From NCBI GenBank assembly GCA_039933535.1, contig JBDTNU010000001.1, forward strand, positions 1 to 43,388: a stretch of DNA of 43,388 nucleotides, written 5' to 3'. The notes under the pieces were generated by a model, which worked only from the letters and a program-made list of their open reading frames with translations, made no database searches and had not been told where the DNA came from. Source of the stretch: Caldimonas sp. GTDB lineage: Bacteria; Pseudomonadota; Gammaproteobacteria; Burkholderiales; Burkholderiaceae_C. The translations under genes and the position numbers were made by a program. Below are positions 36,447 through 43,388 of this stretch, piece by piece. The stretch's first letter is position 1. Each line of letters starts with the position of its first letter.

Positions 36447-36514
36447 AGTGACTCCTCGTGAAATCCGTTAGCCGTACAGACGGCCTGAGCCGTTTGTAAT
36501 CGCGCATCTTGCCA

Positions 36515-37594
36515 TCATTCCTGTGCCTGGAGAGCGGAAAGTTCCTCAGCGGAAATCCCCATCACCCGGGCGACTTCGTTCAGCGATTCCGGTGCGAGCT
36601 CGCGTACCAGTTCGACGAAGTTCTTGTTGACGAGCCTCCTCGCTCGTCGGAGCAAGAGTTGCGCCGGGTTGGTCGGCTCGGTGCGTTCCAAATACTCGCA
36701 CACCATGTCGATCGCGCGCAGCGCGTCGTTGCGATTTTCGATCGAGCCACTCAAGGCGGCGCGTGACGCCGCGCGCCGGGGCGAGGAGTCGTCGTCGCCT
36801 TCTCCGCCCTCGCCGGCGGAGGCATCTTCGCCGTCGCCCTGGCCGCCCGGCATCAGGTCGCGGATCCCGGTCAGCACGGTGATCAGGGGCTGGACATCGG
36901 GTCCTGATGCGTAGCCGACCCGGTCGCGCATCACCTGATTGATCGCGCTCACCTTGGCGAGCGCCGCAGTCGGGAATTGGCGCAAGGCCGGGTTGGATTC
37001 CGCGCCATCGCGCAGCATCTGCTCGACGGTGGAGCGGCCGAACGCGGCATCGCCGGATCGAGGCTCGAGCAGGCCGAGCGCGACCTCGATATCGCGGCCG
37101 CGCAGTTCGCCGATCGACCGATCGTTGAGGATTAGCGACTCACGCAAATCACCGAGCACCCCGGCCAGGCTGACCATGTCGTTCAGTGCGTTGACTCGGG
37201 CATAGGCGTCGCCGTCGTCGGGAAGCGGGTGCAGCCCGTCCCAGAACTGGTTCAGCAGGCCCTCGATCAACCGCAAGCCCTCGGGAAGCGTCGCCGCACC
37301 CTCTAGATGGATTTGAGCTCGGCACCAATAGATGGCGACGCGAAGGTCGCGCGTTCGTTCGAACAGGTTCTGCGCGTGGCCGAGAGCTGCCCGCCAATCG
37401 GGAGCGAGACCCTCGGGATCGAACTGGGTCGCCGCACGGCCCGCGGCGGCCTTTTCCATCTCCCGGAACTCGTCGTCGTATTCGAGGTTGTCACCACTCG
37501 GACTGCCCGCAAGCGGCTGCAGCCAGGAGTCGACGATCGTCAACCGCGCAGGCGTACCGTCGCTACCACTCCCACCGCCCGCGCTGTCATCCAT
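36515..37594 (-). CDS. tssA: T6SS TssA (short, ImpA-N type)
   Basis: PSGDNLEYD, RTRDLRVA, WDGLHP, C-terminal YLERTEPTNP..LL.RA..L..K.F.EL. Confidence 0.92.
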   Translation of the reverse strand: MDDSAGGGSGSDGTPARLTIVDSWLQPLAGSPSGDNLEYDDEFREMEKAAAGRAATQFDPEGLAPDWRAALGHAQNLFERTRDLRVAIYWCRAQIHLEGAATLPEGLRLIEGLLNQFWDGLHPLPDDGDAYARVNALNDMVSLAGVLGDLRESLILNDRSIGELRGRDIEVALGLLEPRSGDAAFGRSTVEQMLRDGAESNPALRQFPTAALAKVSAINQVMRDRVGYASGPDVQPLITVLTGIRDLMPGGQGDGEDASAGEGGEGDDDSSPRRAASRAALSGSIENRNDALRAIDMVCEYLERTEPTNPAQLLLRRARRLVNKNFVELVRELAPESLNEVARVMGISAEELSALQAQE

Positions 37595-37653
37595 CGTTGT
37601 TCGCTCTTCGTCGAGGCCGCTCAGAGGCCACCCCGGCTCCGCTGTGGCCCGAG

Positions 37654-37682
37654 GTTGTATAGCGCGGCTCAGAGTGCGTCAA
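37654..37682 (-). promoter_or_regulatory. Candidate sigma-70 promoter for the tssA operon
   Basis: Minus strand TTGACG-N17-TACAAC, ~60 bp upstream of the tssA ATG, in the divergent intergenic region. Confidence 0.4.
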
Positions 37683-37795
37683 GCCGGCTCGCTAAGTCTT
37701 ACTGGGGATGGGCAAAAAAGTCACGCCGGGGTACGCTTCGCACCGCGCCGGCCCCAGACCGGACTCCGTTGCGGACCACGTTGTCGAGGTGACCC

Positions 37796-39520
37796 TTGAG
37801 TCTTTTTTTCAGGCTGCGTCTCGGCCTTGTCGCAGCAGCGATTGGTGCGTTCTCAATATCTGCGCACGCGCAAACGACATCAACGCCAGTACCGCCTCCG
37901 GGGTCCGTTCCGCAGCCGGAAGAGCTTCGGCAACGGACGCTGCCGACACCGACGAATTCCGCCAGCGTACCCGTTGCGCCCGTTGCACGCGAACTCGGCA
38001 AGCCTAGCGATGAACTGACGCTCGACGTCACGGCATACGGCGTCGACGAGAACGCACCGGCACAACTGCGTGCCGCGTTGCCCGCGATCACGCAGCGCTT
38101 CACAGGCACCGGCCGCAGCTACGAGGATCTGGTCAATGCTGCGGCCGCGGTAACGCGCTACTTGCAGCGTGAACTCGGCTTCTACCTCGGCTACGCCTAC
38201 CTGCCGGAGCAGACACCGGTAAACGGCGTCATCCGCATTGCGGTGCTCGAAGGCCGGCTCGACGAGGTGATCCTCAACTGGCCAGAGAAGATGTCGGTCG
38301 ACCGCTCGGTCGTCGAAGCGTATCTGGCGCGCCTGAAGCCCGGCGAGATCCTGCGCGTACGCGACGTCGAGCGAATCGTCTTTCTCGTCAATGACCTGCG
38401 CGGACTGACTGCGCGCTTCGAGGTCAAGGCCGGGCGCACGCCGGGAACGGCTTCGCTTGTCGTCACTGCGCAGCCCGAAGAGCGCTACGCAGCGCGGGTC
38501 GAGGTCGACTCGCTCGGCTCACGCTATTCGGGCGTGCTGCGCGGCAGCGTGCAGGGCACGATGGCGAGCCCCGCCGGTCGAGGCGACGGACTGGTCGTCA
38601 ACGCACTGTCATCGTTCTCGCGCGGCCTCGAATTCCTGCTTGGTGGCTACACGGTGCCGGTCGGATCGGATGGCCTGAAGGTCGGCATCTCGGGCTCCTA
38701 TGTCCACTACAAGCTCGACCCAGGCCTGCTCGACGACACCGATCTGAGCGGCGATGCCACCGCGATCACCCTGTACGGTCTCTATCCGGTCGTCCGTTCC
38801 CGAAACCTCAATTTGTTCGGGCTGGTGTCGATCGATTCGAAGAGATTCAACGACAAGTTGTTCGGCCTGACCCAGAAGAAGACCTCCAACGACCTTCAGC
38901 TGTCAGTGTCTGGCGATGCGCGCGACGACTTGCTGAGCGGAGGCGTCAACACCTTCGAGCTGGTGGTCCTTCGAGGCAACCTGAAGCCGGCAAATCCGGC
39001 GGCCGAGAACGAAAACCCACGCAACTTCACGCTCACCAGGTTCAGCGCGTCGCGGCTGCAAAACCTGATCAGCAATCGCCTGCTCATGCTGACCAGCCTC
39101 AAGGGCCAGTACACCCTGAACAACCTCGACAACACCGAGCAGTTCCAGCTCGGCGGCCCGGAGCGGGTTCGTGCGTTCGGTCCCGGTGAGGGAACGGGAG
39201 ACACCGGCTTCGTCGCATCGATCGAGTTGCGCTATCTGCCACCGGAAGAATGGTTCGGCCGGATTTCCCGCGAGCTCGTGTTCTCGACGTTCGTCGACAT
39301 CGGCACGATCCGCTTCCGACACGAGCCGACTGCCCTGGACCTGCAGCAGACGGCGTTCGTGAACCGCTCGACGCTCTCGGGCGTCGGCATCGGCGCGGTA
39401 TGGGATAGACCGCGTGACTTCTCGGCGCGACTCTCGTTGGCATTCCCGATCAGCGGTGAGGCCGTCAACGACGTGCGCAAGAGTCCACGCATCTATTTCA
39501 CCGCCAACAAGTCGTTCTGA
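37796..39520 (+). CDS. Two-partner secretion outer-membrane transporter TpsB (ShlB/FhaC/HecB family)
   Basis: Signal peptide ending AHA-Q; POTRA motifs (AYLPEQ...GVIRIAVLEG); EQFQLGG..RVRAF loop-6 motif; C-terminal Phe; upstream of TpsA. Confidence 0.92.
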   Translation: MSLFFRLRLGLVAAAIGAFSISAHAQTTSTPVPPPGSVPQPEELRQRTLPTPTNSASVPVAPVARELGKPSDELTLDVTAYGVDENAPAQLRAALPAITQRFTGTGRSYEDLVNAAAAVTRYLQRELGFYLGYAYLPEQTPVNGVIRIAVLEGRLDEVILNWPEKMSVDRSVVEAYLARLKPGEILRVRDVERIVFLVNDLRGLTARFEVKAGRTPGTASLVVTAQPEERYAARVEVDSLGSRYSGVLRGSVQGTMASPAGRGDGLVVNALSSFSRGLEFLLGGYTVPVGSDGLKVGISGSYVHYKLDPGLLDDTDLSGDATAITLYGLYPVVRSRNLNLFGLVSIDSKRFNDKLFGLTQKKTSNDLQLSVSGDARDDLLSGGVNTFELVVLRGNLKPANPAAENENPRNFTLTRFSASRLQNLISNRLLMLTSLKGQYTLNNLDNTEQFQLGGPERVRAFGPGEGTGDTGFVASIELRYLPPEEWFGRISRELVFSTFVDIGTIRFRHEPTALDLQQTAFVNRSTLSGVGIGAVWDRPRDFSARLSLAFPISGEAVNDVRKSPRIYFTANKSF

Positions 39521-39610
39521 AGTTGCGCCGTGGTGGGCGAGCCAGCATGACTGGCATCGACTGCACGGCTCAGCGCCCCCTGGACAAAGTCAAACTCGAG
39601 TGAGCGCCGC

Positions 39611-42600
39611 ATGAAGACCCGCCCGACCAGGATCGCCCGCACCGTCGCACGCCGCGGCCGCTTCGCGTTGCATCCGCTCAGCTTCGCGATCTGCCTTGGC
39701 CTTTCGGGCGCGGCATGGGCGCTGCCGCAAGGGGGCAAGGTCGTCACCGGCGATGCCACGATCAGCAAGCCCAATACGAACACCGAGATCATCCGGCAGA
39801 CGACCGACAAGGCGATCATCGACTGGAAGAGCTTCTCGATCGCGGCGGGCGAGAAGGTTCGCTTCTATCAGCCCTCGAGCACCTCGGTCACGCTCAACCG
39901 CGTCACCGGCTACGACCCGTCGTACATCCTTGGCCAGATGTCGTCGAACGGGAAGATCTTCCTGCTCAACCCCTATGGCGTGGTGTTCGGTGCAGGGGCG
40001 CGCGTCGACGTGGGCGGGCTCGTGGTGTCCACGCTGTCGATGGCCAACAACGACTTCCTGGCCAGCCGCTACAGCCTGACTTCCGTCGATCCGGTCGCTC
40101 CGGCGCAACGCGGGGCGATCGTCAACGAAGGCACGATTTCGGCGCCGGGTGGCATCGTCGTGCTCGCCGGCCCGAGCGTGTCCAACACGGGCACGATCGT
40201 CGCCAACGGCGGCCGGGTCGGACTGGTCGCAGCTAACTCGGTCTCGATCGACGTCGAGGGTGACGGCCTGCTCTTCTTCCAGACCAGCGCGACCGAAGCG
40301 AAGAACCGCCTCGAGCAGCTCGGCCGGATCCAGGCCGACGGCGGATCGGTGGAGCTGCGCGCCGCGGCGCGCGGCGCGTTCGCCGACACGGTTCTCAACA
40401 TGACCGGTGTCGTGCAGGCGAAGACGATCGGCACGCGTGAAGGCAAGATCGTCATCGACGGTGGCAACGAGGGACTGACCGCCATCTCCGGCCAGCTCGT
40501 TGCCTCCGGCCTCGCCGCGGGAGAGCATGGCGGCGCGGTGACGGTGCAAGGCCAATACTTCTTGCTGGACAACGGCTCCAGGATCGAGGCCTCGGGCGAT
40601 GCGGGCGGCGGCGCGATCCGGGTCGGCGGAGACTTTCACGGCGCAAATCCCGACATTCGAAACGCCGAGAAGACCATCGTCATGCCCGGCGCCGAATTGC
40701 ACGCCGACGCGATCACGCGCGGCGACGGCGGCAGCCTGGTTGTCTGGGCGAACGACTGGACGCGCTACTACGGCAACGCCAGTGCCAAGGGCGGCGCACA
40801 AGGCGGCAACGGGGGCAGCGCCGAGGTGTCGGGCAAGCAGTCGCTCGACTACGCCGGCTTCGTGGACACGAGAGCACCCTACGGCGCCGTCGGCACCTTG
40901 CTGATGGACCCGGCCAACTTCACGATTCAGACTGCCGGCGGAGATTCCGGCACGCTGGTCCTCGCCACCAACGTCTACACCGATCCGGCGACCGTCAACT
41001 CGAACATCACACCGACGACTCTGGTGGGGCAGCTCAACGGCGCTTCGATCACCATCGATACCGCCGCCATCTTGCTGGCCGGCGCCGGAACGATCACGGT
41101 CGTCGATCCTGTTTCCTGGAACTCCGCGTCCAGCCTGACGTTGAAAGCCGATTCCACGATCACGGTCAACGCGGCCGGCGGGATCACCAACGCCGGAATC
41201 GGCGGCCTCAATCTCTTCACCGGCAACGGCGTCGCCGGCGGTGTCGTCCTCAACGGTGCGATCCAGCTCGCGGGCGGCAGCCTCGTCGTCGCCGACAAGG
41301 CCGGCACCGGGCGTGCCGCGTCCTTCACCAGCGGCGCGGGCGGAACGATCTCCACTGCGGGCGGCGTCGCGAACGTGCCCGGCGGTGCGATCGACATCCA
41401 GACCACCGGCGCGATCTCGACACGCGCGTTGACGACCTCGGGCGGCACTGCGGTCGCTGCCAACGGCAACGCCGCCGGGTCGGTCACGCTCGACTCGAGT
41501 GCCGGAGCCATCACGACGGCCGGAGCGATCAACGCGATCGGCGGAGCCGGTGTCGGCGCGAACAGGAACGGCGGCGCCGGAGGCACTGTCGCCATCACTG
41601 CCAACGGCCTCGCCACCGTCAACGCGAATGTCACGACGACCGGCGGCGCCGCGACAGGTGCGGGCACCCGAGGCGCGGGCGGCTCCGTCGCCGTTCAAGG
41701 CAACGGCGTCACGGTCGCGGCGGGGCAGACCCTCGACGCCGACGACAACACGATCACCATCAACGGCGGCGGCGGTGCGATCCAGCTCAACACGTCGACG
41801 CTGACGACGGCGAGCAACGCCGCCAACGCCATCACGGTGCGCAACGCCACGACCGCGGCGCTCGGCAATCTGACGACCGGAGCAACCGGAACGACGACGC
41901 TCGGCGTGGGCGGCGACATCACCGGCGCGGTGACGCAGACCGCGGCGACGGCGATCACGACCGGCGCGCTGACAGGCAACACGGCAGGAGCGGTGACGCT
42001 CGGACTGAGCAACGCCGTCGCGACGCTCGGCCCGTTCGCGACGAACGGTGCGTTCACGCTCAACGACGCGGGTGGCGGACTGAACGTCGCCGGCGCAGTC
42101 ACGACCGCGAACAACGGCGTGGCCAGCATCACCACCACAGGCGGTGATCTCGCAGTGGCGGTCGGCGGCAGCATCGCCGGCGCCGGCGTCTCGCTGACGA
42201 CCATCGGGGCGAACGACATCACCCTCGCCGGGTCCGTGAATGGCAACGCGGGGGCCGTCACGCTCGACTCGGGCCAGGCGATTTCGCAGGTCGCGACCGG
42301 AACCATCAACACCACGGGCGCGCTGGTCCTGAACGCCGGCGCGGCCATCACCCTCGACCAGGCCAACACGATCGCCAACCTCGGCGCGGTGACGCGCGGT
42401 GGTGCGTTCACGCTCAACGACACGACCGGCGGGCTGACGCTGACCGGCTCGGTCGGCACCGACGCATCGGCGGTCAGCATCACCACGGCCGGCGGTGCGC
42501 TCGCGCTCGGCGCCAACAACATCGCCGCGACCACCGCCGCCGGCACGATCACGCTGGCCGGCGTCGGCGTCACGCAGACCACCGGCTCGATCACCACCAC

Positions 42601-43388
42601 CGGCGGTGCCACGACCACCGTCAACGCCGGCACCGGCTCGATCGACCTGCAGTCGGCGACCAACGACTTCACCGGCGCGGTCACGCTCAGCAGCACCGGT
42701 GCGAGCGCCGCCGTGCGCGACGCCAACGCCCTCACCCTGGCCGCGCCCACCCTGGGCGCCAACACCGGACTGACCGCCATCGCCGGTACCACGCTCACCT
42801 TGCCGCTCGGCGACATCAGCACCGGCACCGGCTCGATCAACCTTCAGGCCAACGGCGGCACGCTCACTACCCCCGGCACGCTGAACACGACCAGCGGCTC
42901 GATCACGCTCGTCGGCTCGACCGGGCTGACCATCGCCAACGACCTGACGACGACCAGCGGCGCGATCTCGCTCACCGGCGGCGCCGCCGGTGGCCTGACC
43001 GTCAACACCGGTGTCAGCGTCAATGCCGGCAACAACACCATCATCGCCAGCGGCGGCGGCACAGCGATCCAGCTCAACGACAGCACGCTGACGACGACCA
43101 GCAACGCGGCGAATGCGATCACGGTTCGCGATGCGACCACGGTGGCGCTCGGCAACCTGAGCACCGGTGCCACCGGAACGACGACGCTCGGCGTCGCCGC
43201 CGACATCGCCGGCGCGCTCACGCAGACCACGGCCACCGCGATCAACACCGGCACGCTCACCGCCAGCACCGGCGGCGCGATCACGCTCGACAAAGCCAAC
43301 ACGATCGCCAACCTCGGCGCGGTGACGCGCGGCGGTGCGTTCACGCTCAACGACACGACCGGCGGGCTGACGCTGACCGGCTCGGTCG
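39611..43388 (+). CDS. Two-partner secretion passenger TpsA (filamentous haemagglutinin / HMW1-like adhesin), 3'-truncated by the window
   Basis: Absent from the ORF track because it has no stop. ATG 39611 gives MKTRPT...AAWA-LPQGGKVVTG...AIIDWKSFSI...LNRVTG...NGKIFLLNPYGVVFG (TPS secretion domain); GGSAEVSG, GTLLMDP; Gly/Thr/Ala-rich beta-helix repeats in the same frame to the window end. Confidence 0.93.
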   Translation, partial: MKTRPTRIARTVARRGRFALHPLSFAICLGLSGAAWALPQGGKVVTGDATISKPNTNTEIIRQTTDKAIIDWKSFSIAAGEKVRFYQPSSTSVTLNRVTGYDPSYILGQMSSNGKIFLLNPYGVVFGAGARVDVGGLVVSTLSMANNDFLASRYSLTSVDPVAPAQRGAIVNEGTISAPGGIVVLAGPSVSNTGTIVANGGRVGLVAANSVSIDVEGDGLLFFQTSATEAKNRLEQLGRIQADGGSVELRAAARGAFADTVLNMTGVVQAKTIGTREGKIVIDGGNEGLTAISGQLVASGLAAGEHGGAVTVQGQYFLLDNGSRIEASGDAGGGAIRVGGDFHGANPDIRNAEKTIVMPGAELHADAITRGDGGSLVVWANDWTRYYGNASAKGGAQGGNGGSAEVSGKQSLDYAGFVDTRAPYGAVGTLLMDPANFTIQTAGGDSGTLVLATNVYTDPATVNSNITPTTLVGQLNGASITIDTAAILLAGAGTITVVDPVSWNSASSLTLKADSTITVNAAGGITNAGIGGLNLFTGNGVAGGVVLNGAIQLAGGSLVVADKAGTGRAASFTSGAGGTISTAGGVANVPGGAIDIQTTGAISTRALTTSGGTAVAANGNAAGSVTLDSSAGAITTAGAINAIGGAGVGANRNGGAGGTVAITANGLATVNANVTTTGGAATGAGTRGAGGSVAVQGNGVTVAAGQTLDADDNTITINGGGGAIQLNTSTLTTASNAANAITVRNATTAALGNLTTGATGTTTLGVGGDITGAVTQTAATAITTGALTGNTAGAVTLGLSNAVATLGPFATNGAFTLNDAGGGLNVAGAVTTANNGVASITTTGGDLAVAVGGSIAGAGVSLTTIGANDITLAGSVNGNAGAVTLDSGQAISQVATGTINTTGALVLNAGAAITLDQANTIANLGAVTRGGAFTLNDTTGGLTLTGSVGTDASAVSITTAGGALALGANNIAATTAAGTITLAGVGVTQTTGSITTTGGATTTVNAGTGSIDLQSATNDFTGAVTLSSTGASAAVRDANALTLAAPTLGANTGLTAIAGTTLTLPLGDISTGTGSINLQANGGTLTTPGTLNTTSGSITLVGSTGLTIANDLTTTSGAISLTGGAAGGLTVNTGVSVNAGNNTIIASGGGTAIQLNDSTLTTTSNAANAITVRDATTVALGNLSTGATGTTTLGVAADIAGALTQTTATAINTGTLTASTGGAITLDKANTIANLGAVTRGGAFTLNDTTGGLTLTGSV
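42362..43388 (+). repeat. Near-identical intragenic direct repeat in tpsA (42362-42455 vs 43295-43388)
   Basis: 94-bp copies differ at one position (GGT vs GGC); offset 933 bp, in frame; a more diverged ~220-bp pair lies at ~41750-41970 vs ~43035-43260. Confidence 0.85.

Noticed and set aside
37711-37730. Sigma-54-like element upstream of tssA (GGCGTGACTTTTTTGC on the minus strand)
   Set aside because: GG-to-GC spacing is 12 nt rather than the strictly required 10
39590-43356. Several long minus-strand ORFs (702, 381, 230, 170 aa)
   Set aside because: Antisense shadows of the unlisted + strand tpsA, which has a clear signal peptide and TPS domain
1-43388. CRISPR array, tRNA/rRNA, IS element or integrase
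   Set aside because: No regularly spaced repeats, RNA gene signatures or transposase/integrase motifs seen; repeats found are intragenic or short hairpins

Overview
High-GC bacterial DNA (roughly two-thirds G+C by eye). Gene order and protein style suggest a betaproteobacterium, probably Burkholderiales (inference). The window has three blocks. (1) 1-3648: the conserved pilC-pilD-coaE-zapD-yacG housekeeping run on the + strand. (2) 3675-37594: a ~34 kb type VI secretion system (T6SS) locus, almost entirely on the - strand. One arm is tssA-tssB-tssC-hcp-[two divergent hcp paralogs]-[16-Cys zinc-ribbon gene]-tagJ-tssE-tssF-tssG-clpV-vgrG-DUF4123 adaptor-two unknown genes-tagH(fha)-pppA-DUF4280 PAAR-like. 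An inverted secreted OmpA-domain gene follows. The second arm is tssK-tssL-tssM-tagF-ppkA and a second sheath-like gene that appears to be a natural TssB+TssC fusion with an acidic tail. No tssJ is recognisable. (3) 37796-end: a two-partner secretion pair (TpsB transporter plus a large repeat-rich haemagglutinin-like TpsA that runs off the window), divergent from tssA. The most unusual elements are the extra tube and sheath paralogs (Hcp with a ~100-aa charged insertion, TssB-C fusion), the missing TssJ, an unrecognised VgrG/DUF4123 cargo pair, and short linear motifs shared among the phosphoregulation proteins. All family calls come from motif recognition by eye; no database search was run.
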